Assembly (NCBI RefSeq): GCF_001457595.1
Contig: NZ_LN831039.1
Span: forward strand, 360,001 to 392,000
Length of the DNA: 32,000 bases
From: Mycolicibacterium smegmatis
GTDB lineage: Bacteria > Actinomycetota > Actinomycetes > Mycobacteriales > Mycobacteriaceae
Reading direction: 5' to 3'
Part shown: positions 1 through 8,377 of the stretch, piece after piece
How positions within the stretch are numbered: position 1 is the first letter of the stretch
Layout: every line of letters starts with the position of its first letter
Made by a program: the position numbers and the translations under genes
The notes under the pieces: model-generated
What the model was told of the DNA's origin: nothing
Databases searched by the model: none
Seen by the model: the letters and a program-made list of their open reading frames with translations, nothing else

Positions 1-361
1 CCCGGATGTCGTGTCCCGACCCTCCGTCGGGCGAGGTCAGGACGTCACCGACGGCCGCGTAGTCCGACGGTTCGGTGAGATCGACGCTGACGAACCGCAG
101 GCGGCTCAGGAAACGGTCGACGACGTCGGAGTCCAGCAGGTCGGGTTCGACGTGCCGGGCGAGTCCGGCACGGACCGTGTTGCGGTATCCCGCGTCGTCC
201 AGGCCGGCCTTGGCCACACCGATGATCCGGGTGGCGCCTGCGAGCTGGCCGTCTCGGTCCCGCAGGTACAGGGCGGGCAGGAGCTTACGCGCGGCGAGGT
301 CGCCGGTGCCGCCGAAGATCACGAAATCGCACGGATCGACGGGGCTGGGGGTTCGGTTCAT
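1..361 (-). CDS. zwf: glucose-6-phosphate dehydrogenase, N-terminal part (gene continues past the left window edge)
   Basis: Absent from the ORF track because there is no stop codon in the window. Reverse-strand translation from the ATG (complement of 359-361) gives MNRTPSPVDPCDFVIFGGTGDLAARKLLPALYLRDRDGQLAGATRIIGVAKAGLDDAGYR... This carries the canonical G6PD dinucleotide-binding motif (FVIFGGTGDLAxRKLLPALY). A GGAGG Shine-Dalgarno (complement of 367-371) lies 5 nt upstream. Confidence 0.85.
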   Translation of the reverse strand, partial: MNRTPSPVDPCDFVIFGGTGDLAARKLLPALYLRDRDGQLAGATRIIGVAKAGLDDAGYRNTVRAGLARHVEPDLLDSDVVDRFLSRLRFVSVDLTEPSDYAAVGDVLTSPDGGSGHDIR

Positions 362-383
362 CGAAGCCTCCTAGAGAGGAGCA

Positions 384-412
384 GGAGCTGGATCGATAGG
401 AGCTGGATCGAT
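384..412. repeat. tandem direct repeat GGAGCTGGATCGAT x2 (1-nt spacer) in the zwf/ROK divergent intergenic region; possible operator
   Basis: Read directly: 384-397 and 399-412 are identical 14-mers, each containing the palindromic core ATCGAT. They lie 23 nt upstream of the zwf start codon. The regulatory function is inferred only. Confidence 0.6.
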
Positions 413-521
413 TCAGCCTCAAACGCTAGACCCGCATTAGGACTTTGGCAAACGTACTTATGTACTTCAAAGACCTAAATAATGCGTTCTTTGTTTGCTC
501 CATGCGCTCAGATGCGGTTCC

Positions 522-1709
522 ATGGAGGCCATGCCGCCTCCTGCGACGCTGGTGTCGCCCACCCCCGGAGAGGTCTTCGCGCTGATCAGGGATCGCCGGG
601 CCACCACGCGCGGTGAACTCGGGCGGCTCACGGGCCTGTCCCGCACCGCGGTCACGGCACGCGTTGCGGCCCTGGAGGCCGGCGGCCTGGTGATCGAGCG
701 CGATCAGGCGTCGACGGGTGGGCGGCCGGCGGCGCAACTGATGTTCAACGTCGACGCGGGCGTGGTGTTCTCCGCGGCGATCGGACGCAGCCGCACGCAA
801 CTCGCGGTCTGCAACCTCGACGGCACCATCCTGGCGTCCACCGACATCGACCAGGAGCCGGGTATCGCACCCGACGACCTCCTGCCCGACCTCGTCAAAC
901 GGCTCGACATGCTGCTCGACGAGTCGGCCCGCCGCGACGCACACATCTTCGGCGTCGGGCTCAGCCTGCCCGGCACGGTCGATCAGCGCACCGGCGCCAG
1001 CCTGGATTCACCGAACATGAGCGGCTGGGACGGCGTGCCGCTCGCCCCGTATTTCACGAGCCTCACCGACGCCCCGGTCGTCATCGACAACGACGCCAAC
1101 GCCATCGCCGTGGCCGAAAGGCGCGGCGGCTACGGCGAATACGACGACATGCTGGTGGTCAAGGCGTCCACCGGCCTTGCCGCCGGGATCATCATGGGCG
1201 GACAACTCCAGCGGGGCGCCGTACAGGCCGCCGGGGAGTTCGGCCACAGCAAGACGGCCGCCGCGGCCGGCGTGCACTGCCGGTGCGGCGACACGGGCTG
1301 CCTCGAGGCGATCGCGGGTGGCTGGGCGCTGGTGCGTGCGCTGCAGCGTGACGGCCGTGCGGTGAACCACCTGCGTGACGTCGTGGCGCTCGCGCACACG
1401 GGCGACCCCGAGGCGCGCCGCATGATCCGGGAGAGCGGACGCCACATCGGCGAGGTGCTCGCCGCCGCGGTCAACCTGCTCAACCCGGCCGTGCTGGTGA
1501 TCGCGGGAGACATGGTCGGCGCGTACGACCTGTTTGTCGCGGGTCTACGGGAAACCTTGTACGGCAACGCCACCGCGTTGGCCACCCGCACCCTCCAGAT
1601 CGTGCCGTCCATCCATCGGGAGCGCTCCAGCATGGTCGGCTGCGCCACCAACGTGCTCGACCGGGTGCTCAGCCCGGACGCGGTCGATGCCGCCATGTAC
1701 GGCGACTGA
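522..1709 (+). CDS. ROK-family transcriptional regulator (N-terminal winged HTH plus sugar-kinase-like domain)
   Basis: ORF 495..1709. The N-terminus has a MarR-like wHTH (GEVFALIRDRRATTRGELGRLTGLSRTAVTARVAALEAGGLV). ROK signatures are DNDANAIAVAE, GEFGH and the zinc motif CRCGDTGCLEA. The start is uncertain: TTG at 495, ATG at 522 (chosen) or ATG at 531. Confidence 0.85.
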   Translation: MEAMPPPATLVSPTPGEVFALIRDRRATTRGELGRLTGLSRTAVTARVAALEAGGLVIERDQASTGGRPAAQLMFNVDAGVVFSAAIGRSRTQLAVCNLDGTILASTDIDQEPGIAPDDLLPDLVKRLDMLLDESARRDAHIFGVGLSLPGTVDQRTGASLDSPNMSGWDGVPLAPYFTSLTDAPVVIDNDANAIAVAERRGGYGEYDDMLVVKASTGLAAGIIMGGQLQRGAVQAAGEFGHSKTAAAAGVHCRCGDTGCLEAIAGGWALVRALQRDGRAVNHLRDVVALAHTGDPEARRMIRESGRHIGEVLAAAVNLLNPAVLVIAGDMVGAYDLFVAGLRETLYGNATALATRTLQIVPSIHRERSSMVGCATNVLDRVLSPDAVDAAMYGD

Positions 1710-3306
1710 GCACGCGCCCGACGCGTCCCGCGACGAGCCCGAGGGCGCCGCCGGCCAGCGCCGCCAGCCACACCAGGTGCGCTGCGATCAGCAGACCGCG
1801 ATGCGGCGACGACGGGGCTTCGCCGCCGATGCGTTGCGCCGTGATCCCGCTGTCGGTTTCACGGACCAGCCAGCCCACGCCCGCTTCGGCGAGTTGTTGC
1901 GGCGACGCGCCATCGCGCAGCAGGCCCTGCACCGCACGGGCCCGCGCACCCTCACCCGGCACGGTCCGGCCCCCGATGAGCAGATCGCCCGTGGTCAGCA
2001 CATCGGCCCGCAGCCATCGCGGTAGCGGGTCCAGAACCGTTCCCGCCCACGAGAACTCGCGGATGCTGTCGGCGGGCAGCGCGACGACCGGGCGCGGATC
2101 GGCGTTGATGGTCGCCGCGACCTGCGCCCAACTCTGCGGATACCGCACCGCCCGCATCTGGTTGCCCACGCCCCACGTCAGATCCGGCAGCACGGCGATC
2201 AACGCGGCACAACACACCGCGGCGGCCGCGGCCGCGGGTATCCGCAACCGCCGCAACATCATCGGCGCGGCGCCCGCGGCCAGCGCATAGCCCGGCATGG
2301 CCAGCGCCACCCACTTCTGACCGTCGCGCACGATCCCGAGACCGGGCACCGCGTCTATCAGCGCCTCCACCACGACGAGTCCGGGCGCACTGGTCATCAG
2401 CGCGGGCATGATCACGGCCCCGGCCGCGAGCACCAGAAGAGGCACCGCGGCACGGCGGCGTGCCACAACAGGAAGCCCCGCGGCGACCACACCCAGCAGC
2501 ACCACGGTCGCGACCACGGCGAAAAGCGATGTGCGGGACGCGGGCACGGCGTCACCGTTCCAGATGCCGCCCAGCCCGGCCAGGCTGCCCAGCGTGGCGA
2601 GGCCCGGTTCGGCGCGCGCGGCGAACGCGCGCACCCCCGCCCCGGGGTCCGGGGACGACGACACCGCGCCGCTCACGAACGCGGCCACCAGCCACGGGCA
2701 CGCCGCAGCCACCGCGACCCCCAGGCCGAGGCCCGCGACGCGCGCACGCCGCCAGCCGTCACCCGGGGCCGCCACACAGACCAGCGCCACGGTCGCGGCC
2801 AGTACGAGCCCCGTCGGCGTCAGGCCCGCGAGCGCCATCCAGAACACCAGCGGAGCCACCGGAGTCCACGACGCACGCTCACGCAACCGCAGCACCGAGA
2901 CGGCCACCCATGGCAGGCAGCCGTACCCGACCAGCAGACTCCAGTGGCCCTGCAACAACCGCTCGGCCACGTACGGATTCCAGATCGCCAGCGTCGCGGC
3001 CGTGAACCGGCCGGCCAGACCAGCATCGAAAAGCACGTGCCCCACGAGGCGCGCGGCACCCCAGCCGGCCGCGGCCAGGCCCGCGAGCAGCAGGGCCTTG
3101 ACCACGACGCCGCCGTCGAGCACCGATGAGGCCAGCGCGACGGCGAAGTCCTGCGGAAGTGCACGCGGCGCGGCCTCGGTGAGGCCGAGCGCGGCGTCGG
3201 TCACATACGAGCGCGGGGTCGAGACCGCGTCACGCAGCAAGAGATAGCCGGGTGCCAGCAGCGGCGCCGTCACCAGCACGCTCAATACCAGCGCATAGGC
3301 CGGCAC
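1669..3306 (-). CDS. conserved polytopic membrane protein, Rv0226c-like
   Basis: ORF 1669..3573, highly hydrophobic with many predicted TM helices (VLSVLVTAPLLAPGYLLL..., LLLAGLAAAGWGAARL..., etc.). The first ~89 codons of the track ORF are R/G-rich and overlap the upstream gene. I therefore place the start at GTG (complement of 3304-3306), giving MPAYALVLSVLV..., 30 nt after the upstream stop. The position upstream of a DUF3068 gene matches remembered Rv0226c/Rv0227c synteny. Confidence 0.7.
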   Translation of the reverse strand: MPAYALVLSVLVTAPLLAPGYLLLRDAVSTPRSYVTDAALGLTEAAPRALPQDFAVALASSVLDGGVVVKALLLAGLAAAGWGAARLVGHVLFDAGLAGRFTAATLAIWNPYVAERLLQGHWSLLVGYGCLPWVAVSVLRLRERASWTPVAPLVFWMALAGLTPTGLVLAATVALVCVAAPGDGWRRARVAGLGLGVAVAAACPWLVAAFVSGAVSSSPDPGAGVRAFAARAEPGLATLGSLAGLGGIWNGDAVPASRTSLFAVVATVVLLGVVAAGLPVVARRRAAVPLLVLAAGAVIMPALMTSAPGLVVVEALIDAVPGLGIVRDGQKWVALAMPGYALAAGAAPMMLRRLRIPAAAAAAVCCAALIAVLPDLTWGVGNQMRAVRYPQSWAQVAATINADPRPVVALPADSIREFSWAGTVLDPLPRWLRADVLTTGDLLIGGRTVPGEGARARAVQGLLRDGASPQQLAEAGVGWLVRETDSGITAQRIGGEAPSSPHRGLLIAAHLVWLAALAGGALGLVAGRVGRVLSRRTWRHRPRPG

Positions 3307-3335
3307 CGAGCATGACCGCAGCAGGACCGCAGTTC

Positions 3336-4532
3336 TCAGATCGGTCGGTCCGGTGGCAGATCGGTCGGACGCTGCGCGGGCAGCTTCTCGGTCTTGGCCT
3401 CCGCACCCGGCACCTGGATGCCCTGCGTATCGAAGAATCCGTGGTCGGCGGTGTCGAGACCCGGATCGATGAGCGTGGACTCGGTGCGCAGCGCGAACGA
3501 ACCGAGGACCGCGCCGCCGACCAGCGACACCAGGCCGAGCGCGGTGAACGTGATCGGCAGGATCCGTGTCCACAGCGCGATGCGGTCACGCTCGTCGGAC
3601 GCTGCGGCAACCTGCGATTCGACGCTCTCCTCGTTGGTGGTGACCTTGAAGTCCACGTAGGTGACCTCGGGCTTGAGGGCCTCACGTGCGTAGTACTGGT
3701 AGCCGTGTTCTTCGCTCTTGACGATCGTGCCCGACACTGGGTCGACCCAGAACGTGCGCGAAGCGGCGTAGAACCGGTCCATCGTGATCGACTCGTCCGG
3801 TTCGCCCGGCACACCCCACACCTCGGCGCGCGCAGTGACCGACGCATCCGCGTCGTCCTCGTACAGCGACGAGTACTTGATCGGGTCGGCGAGCTTGCCG
3901 TCGGCGTCGTAGCCGACGTTCTGGACGAACCGGTAGGTGGTCAGCCCGTTGACGTCTTCCTCGCCGTCGTAGTTGGCGTCGAACGCCTTCTGCGCGATCG
4001 GGTCGAAGAACGGATACGTCTTCTTCTCGGTGTCGAACGGGAAGCGGTAGGTCAGCCCTTCGTGGGGCAGCGCGATGTTGGTGGGCGGCTTCTCGTCCTC
4101 GATGGCGCGCGGCTTCTGCACGGCGCCACCCGGGTTGTTCTCGCTCGACACGGCTTCGGCCGTGTTCCGGTTCATCGTGACGGTGTCCACCATCGCGAGC
4201 AGCAGCCCGGCGTCCTGCTGACGGTCGGTGCGGCGCAGCGTGGTGCCCACCTGGAACGTCACGACGTCGGCGTTGGACGGCGCTTCGACGCTCATCTGCT
4301 GTTGCAGGGCCACCGGCACGTCACGGTCGATCTTGAACCGTTCGGCGACCAGCGAGTCCGGATCGAAGGCCGTCGCCGTCCCGTCACTGACCAGCGACGT
4401 GTCGATGTCGAGCGGGATCTTGGCGATCTTGCCCTTGGTGTAGGTGGTCAACAGCAACGCGGCGATCAGCAGGGCAGCACCGAGCCCCAGAAGTCCACAT
4501 GCCGCGATACGCAGCGCCACAGCGCGGTTCAA
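3336..4532 (-). CDS. DUF3068 (PorA-family) membrane protein, Rv0227c/MSMEG_0317-like, implicated in lipomannan maturation and LAM synthesis
   Basis: ORF 3336..4595. It has an N-terminal TM (AVALRIAACGLLGLGAALLIAALLL), a large extracytoplasmic domain and a C-terminal TM (ILPITFTALGLVSLVGGAVLGSF), which is typical DUF3068 topology. Start chosen at TTG (complement of 4530-4532), giving MNRAVALRIAA..., because GAAGGAGG (complement of 4539-4546) sits 6 nt upstream. The track start at 4595 has no such signal. Confidence 0.8.
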   Translation of the reverse strand: MNRAVALRIAACGLLGLGAALLIAALLLTTYTKGKIAKIPLDIDTSLVSDGTATAFDPDSLVAERFKIDRDVPVALQQQMSVEAPSNADVVTFQVGTTLRRTDRQQDAGLLLAMVDTVTMNRNTAEAVSSENNPGGAVQKPRAIEDEKPPTNIALPHEGLTYRFPFDTEKKTYPFFDPIAQKAFDANYDGEEDVNGLTTYRFVQNVGYDADGKLADPIKYSSLYEDDADASVTARAEVWGVPGEPDESITMDRFYAASRTFWVDPVSGTIVKSEEHGYQYYAREALKPEVTYVDFKVTTNEESVESQVAAASDERDRIALWTRILPITFTALGLVSLVGGAVLGSFALRTESTLIDPGLDTADHGFFDTQGIQVPGAEAKTEKLPAQRPTDLPPDRPI

Positions 4533-4631
4533 ACCGGGCCTCCTTCTGTGTGGGCCGACTCGTCCTGAGGCAAACCCGTTCGACCCTAACAGCACTATTT
4601 AAGGCCATCACTTACTCCGAGTGCATACGGC

Positions 4632-5891
4632 GTGCGTGCGGCGGGACCCGGCAGGCGCCGTTTGGCGGGGTCCCGACCGCGCGGCACACTGGTCGCCGTG
4701 ACCACCGAGCAATCCGCGCAGGCCCAGCACGAGGTGGGCGGCACCCGCGGTTTCCTGCCCGCGGTCGAAGGTATGCGCGCATGCGCGGCCATGGGCGTGG
4801 TGCTCACCCACGTCGCGTTCCAGACCGGCCACACCGGCGGGATCAGCGGACGCATCTTCGGCCGGTTCGACCTGGCCGTCGCGGTGTTCTTCGCACTGTC
4901 GGGCTTCCTGCTGTGGCGCGGGCACGCCGCCGCGGCCCGCGGACTGCGCCCCCGGCCGAGAACCGGGCACTACCTGCGCTCCCGGATCGTGCGCATCATG
5001 CCCGGCTACGTGGTGGCGGTGATCGTGATCCTGCTGCTGCTGCCGGAGGCCAAGGCCGATCTCACGGTGTGGCTGGCGAACCTCACCCTCACCCAGATCT
5101 ACGTGCCGCTGACGCTCACGGCCGGGCTGACACAGATGTGGAGCCTGTCGGTGGAGGTCAGCTTCTATCTGGCCCTGCCGCTGCTCGCGCTGCTGGCGCG
5201 CAGGCTGCCGGTGCGCGCCCGGATCGGCGTGATCACCGCCGTCGCCGCGCTGAGCCTGCTGTGGGTGTGCATCCCGTTCGCGGGTGACACCGGGCACAAC
5301 CCGTGGAACTGGCCACCGGCGTTCTTCTCGTGGTTCGCCGCGGGCATGGTGCTCGCCGAGCTGACCGTGAGCCACTACGGCCGGGTGCACCGCCTGGCCC
5401 GGCGCCGTGTGCTGATGGCCGCCATCGCCGTCGTGGCGTTCGCGATCGCGGCGTCGCCGCTGGCCGGTAAGGAAGGTCTGCACCCCGGGTCGGTCGGGCA
5501 GGTCATGCTCAAGACCGCGATGGGTGCCGTGGTGGCGGGGGCGCTGCTGGCGCCCCTGGTGCTCGATCACCCCGGCACACGGCACCGCATTCTCGGCAGC
5601 GCCGTGATGGTGACGCTGGGCCGCTGGTCCTACGGGCTGTTCGTGTGGCATCTGGCGGCGCTGGCGATGGTGTTCCCGATGCTGGGCGAGTTCCTGTTCA
5701 ACGGCCGCATGCTCGTCGTGCTGATCCTCACGCTGGTGTTCGGCTTCGCGCTCGCCGCCGTCAGCTACGCGCTCGTGGAGTCGCCGTGCCGCGAGGCGCT
5801 GCGCCGGTGGGAGTACCGCCACAGCCGCCCGGTGCCGCCGCTGGACAGTTCGATCACCGAGCAGCCGGAGCCCGCCCCAGCCGCGCGATGA
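4632..5891 (+). CDS. acyltransferase family 3 integral membrane protein (Rv0228-like)
   Basis: The 419-aa ORF has the N-terminal acyltransferase-3 signature region (LPAVEGMRACAAMGVVLTHVAFQTG...FFALSGFLL) and roughly 10 hydrophobic segments. An alternative GTG start at 4698 is possible. Confidence 0.8.
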   Translation: MRAAGPGRRRLAGSRPRGTLVAVTTEQSAQAQHEVGGTRGFLPAVEGMRACAAMGVVLTHVAFQTGHTGGISGRIFGRFDLAVAVFFALSGFLLWRGHAAAARGLRPRPRTGHYLRSRIVRIMPGYVVAVIVILLLLPEAKADLTVWLANLTLTQIYVPLTLTAGLTQMWSLSVEVSFYLALPLLALLARRLPVRARIGVITAVAALSLLWVCIPFAGDTGHNPWNWPPAFFSWFAAGMVLAELTVSHYGRVHRLARRRVLMAAIAVVAFAIAASPLAGKEGLHPGSVGQVMLKTAMGAVVAGALLAPLVLDHPGTRHRILGSAVMVTLGRWSYGLFVWHLAALAMVFPMLGEFLFNGRMLVVLILTLVFGFALAAVSYALVESPCREALRRWEYRHSRPVPPLDSSITEQPEPAPAAR

Positions 5892-7341
5892 CGGCGTCGC
5901 GCACCGCCGTGCGGCGCGCCTTGCCCGCGTCGTCGCGCAGGGGTTCGTCGACGAACTCGATGGTGTGCGGCACCTTGTACGACGAGACCGCGTCGCGCAG
6001 GAAGTCCCGCAGCCCCGCCGCGTCCAGCGTCGAACCGGGTGCGGTCTGCACGAGCGCGTGGGGCACCTGACCGAGGTCGGTGTGCGGGATTCCCACCGCC
6101 AGACACGACAGCACCTCGGGGTGTGCCGACAGCGCGGCCTCGATCTCGGCCGGATAGACGTTGCGGCCGCCGACGGTGAACATGTCGACGCGGCGGTCGT
6201 TGAGGTACAGGAATCCGTCGGTGTCGAAATATCCGAGATCCCCCAGCGAGTCCCACCCGTCACGGCTCTTCGCCGTCGTGCCCACGTAACGGTAGGTCGG
6301 TGCGCTTCCGGGTGACGGACGCATGTACACCTCGCCGGTGACCCCGGGCGGGCACTCGTTGCCGTCGTCGTCGAGCACCTTCATCTCACCGGCCACCACG
6401 ACGCCCACCGATCCCGGATGGGTCAGCCACTGTTCACCGGAGATGAAGGTCAGTGCCTGAAGTTCGGTGCCGCCGTAGAGTTCCCACACCACCTGCGGGC
6501 CAAGCAGATCGATCCAGGCCTGTTTGACCGCGGGCGGACACGGCGCGCCGACGTGCCAGAACCTGCGGATCGACGTCAGGTCGTAGGCATCCGGTTCGGC
6601 CCGGTACACCGGCAGCAGGCGCTGCATGATGGTCGGCACCGTGGTGAGGAACGTGACACGGTGGGAGGTCACCAGCCGCAGGAACTCCGCCGGTTCGAAA
6701 CGCGGCATCAGCACCAGGTGCTGGCCCATCAACAACGCGATCGCGAACGTCGTGAAGCCTGTGTTGTGGCTCATCGGCACCGACATCAGCGTGACGTCGT
6801 CGGGTTCGGCGCCCAGCGGCGCGCCGATGAGTGCCGGCACCCGACCGTCCCCGCCCGCCTCGATCAGTTTGGGCCTGCCCGTGCTGCCACCCGAGGCGAT
6901 CGATTTCCAGGTCGGCGACACCGCCTCGGGCAGCGGGTCGTCGGCCAGGCCCGGGCCGGGTTCGAAATCGCCCGGCACCCAGGAGATGTCACCACCAGGG
7001 TCGCGACCCACCACGAGCGCGCGTCGTTTCAGCCCGAGGATCGCCTCGAACTCGGCGTCGGGCATGCGTGGCGACAGCGGTTGGGGGACCGCGCCGAGTT
7101 TCCAGGTGGCCAGCGTCGCCTGCACCCACTCGATCGAGTTGTGCAGGCAGATGGTCACGTAATCACCCTGTCGCACACCGAGTTCGGCGTACGCGCGGGC
7201 AAGCCTGTTGGTGCTGCGGTCGAGTTCGCCGCGTGAAAGGGTGCGTCCCTGACACGACACCGCGGGACGGTCAGGGTCGGCCGCGGCCAGGTGTGCGACC
7301 TGGGTGCCGATCGGTGGGACGTCGAAACCCTTGTCTGTCAT
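5854..7341 (-). CDS. AMP-dependent synthetase/ligase (acyl-CoA synthetase, FadD-type)
   Basis: The 495-aa ORF has the AMP-binding core motif SGGSTGRPK. Later adenylation motifs are YGGTE and GDLGYFDTDGFLYLNDRRVDM. Its start is 1 nt downstream of the php stop, consistent with an operon. Confidence 0.85.
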   Translation of the reverse strand: MTDKGFDVPPIGTQVAHLAAADPDRPAVSCQGRTLSRGELDRSTNRLARAYAELGVRQGDYVTICLHNSIEWVQATLATWKLGAVPQPLSPRMPDAEFEAILGLKRRALVVGRDPGGDISWVPGDFEPGPGLADDPLPEAVSPTWKSIASGGSTGRPKLIEAGGDGRVPALIGAPLGAEPDDVTLMSVPMSHNTGFTTFAIALLMGQHLVLMPRFEPAEFLRLVTSHRVTFLTTVPTIMQRLLPVYRAEPDAYDLTSIRRFWHVGAPCPPAVKQAWIDLLGPQVVWELYGGTELQALTFISGEQWLTHPGSVGVVVAGEMKVLDDDGNECPPGVTGEVYMRPSPGSAPTYRYVGTTAKSRDGWDSLGDLGYFDTDGFLYLNDRRVDMFTVGGRNVYPAEIEAALSAHPEVLSCLAVGIPHTDLGQVPHALVQTAPGSTLDAAGLRDFLRDAVSSYKVPHTIEFVDEPLRDDAGKARRTAVRDAVIARLGRAPAAR

Positions 7342-7342
7342 G

Positions 7343-8320
7343 TCAGTAGCCGCCCTTGTGCTCGAAGATCCGGCGCGGATTGTCCACCAGCATCGTGGTG
7401 ATCTGTTCGTCGGTGACGCCGCGCTGCCGCAGGGCGGGGATCACGTCGTTGTGGATGTGCAGATAGTGAGAGTTCGGCAGTGCGGCCGTGGTCAGTTCGT
7501 CGGGCAATGCGTCGAAGTAGCACCAGGTGTCGTGGGACAGCACCATGCGTTCGGCGTGGCCGCGCTCGCACATGGTCGCCACGGTCGCGACCCGCTGTTC
7601 GAACGGTAGGAACACGTCGACGCCGAACCGGTCCATGCCGATGTAGGAACCGTTGGCGATGAGTTCCTCGAGGTAGCCGATGTCGGTGGTGTCACCGCAG
7701 TGGCCGATGATCACGCGGGACAGGTCGACGCCCTCCTCGGCGAAGACGCGCTGCTGTTCGAGGCCGCGGCGCGTCGCGGCGTGGGTGTGCGTCGAGATGG
7801 GCACCCCGGTCTGGCGGTGCGCGGCCGCGACGGCGCGCAGCACACGCTCGACCCCGGGGGTGACGCCGGGTTCGTCGGTGGCGCACTTGAGGATTGCGGC
7901 CTTGATCCCTGTGTCGGCGATGCCTTTCTCGATGTCGCGGACGAACATCTCGGCCATCGGTTCGTCACCGTCCAGGGCGGTGCCGGGCCCGCGGAAGTGA
8001 AACGTCATGGGGATGTCGTTGTAGGTGTAGAGCCCGGTCGCGACGACGATGTTGAGTTCGGTCGCCTCGGCGATTCGCGCGATACGCGGGATGTACCGGC
8101 CGAGCCCGATCACCGTGAGATCGACGATGGTGTCGACGCCGCGCGCCTTGAGTTCACCCAGGCGCGCGATGGCGTCGGCTTCACGCCTGTGCTCGTCGCC
8201 CCAGGACTCGGGATGGTTGAGCATCACCTCGGTGGTCATGATGAAGACGTGCTCGTGCATGAGCGTGACACCCAGGTCGGCCGTGTCGATGGCTCCGGCG
8301 GCGGTGTTGACTGTCGGCAT
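7343..8320 (-). CDS. php: phosphotriesterase homology protein (amidohydrolase-superfamily binuclear metal hydrolase)
   Basis: The 325-aa ORF has the HxH metal motif in LMHEHVF and a TIM-barrel PTE-family sequence character (GVDTIVDLT, ILKCATD, STHT, IGHCGD, LSHD). Size matches Rv0230c. Confidence 0.85.
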   Translation of the reverse strand: MPTVNTAAGAIDTADLGVTLMHEHVFIMTTEVMLNHPESWGDEHRREADAIARLGELKARGVDTIVDLTVIGLGRYIPRIARIAEATELNIVVATGLYTYNDIPMTFHFRGPGTALDGDEPMAEMFVRDIEKGIADTGIKAAILKCATDEPGVTPGVERVLRAVAAAHRQTGVPISTHTHAATRRGLEQQRVFAEEGVDLSRVIIGHCGDTTDIGYLEELIANGSYIGMDRFGVDVFLPFEQRVATVATMCERGHAERMVLSHDTWCYFDALPDELTTAALPNSHYLHIHNDVIPALRQRGVTDEQITTMLVDNPRRIFEHKGGY

Positions 8321-8377
8321 CCCGCCGATGCTAAATCGCCGGACCGTGGGTCGGGGCGGATTCGGCCGGTCCGGTGG

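Noticed and set aside
11-478. Plus-strand ORFs 11..478 (155 aa) and 75..374 (99 aa) at the left edge.
   Set aside because: They are antisense to the clearly recognisable zwf N-terminus. Their products are low-complexity (R/S/A/G-rich) with no motifs.
3307-3573. The N-terminal 89 codons of track ORF 1669..3573, and the first 21 codons of 3336..4595.
   Set aside because: The extensions are basic and low-complexity. They overlap the upstream gene or lack an RBS, while better-supported internal starts exist. The exact starts remain uncertain.
8339-8374. GC-rich stems after the LuxR gene (CCGGACCG...CGGTCCGG, 8339-8374) and upstream of it (GTCCGCC-GTC-GGCGGAC, 11187-11203), considered as terminators.
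   Set aside because: These are short stems (7-8 bp) that arise frequently by chance in high-GC DNA, and no T-tract follows. They are not reported as features.
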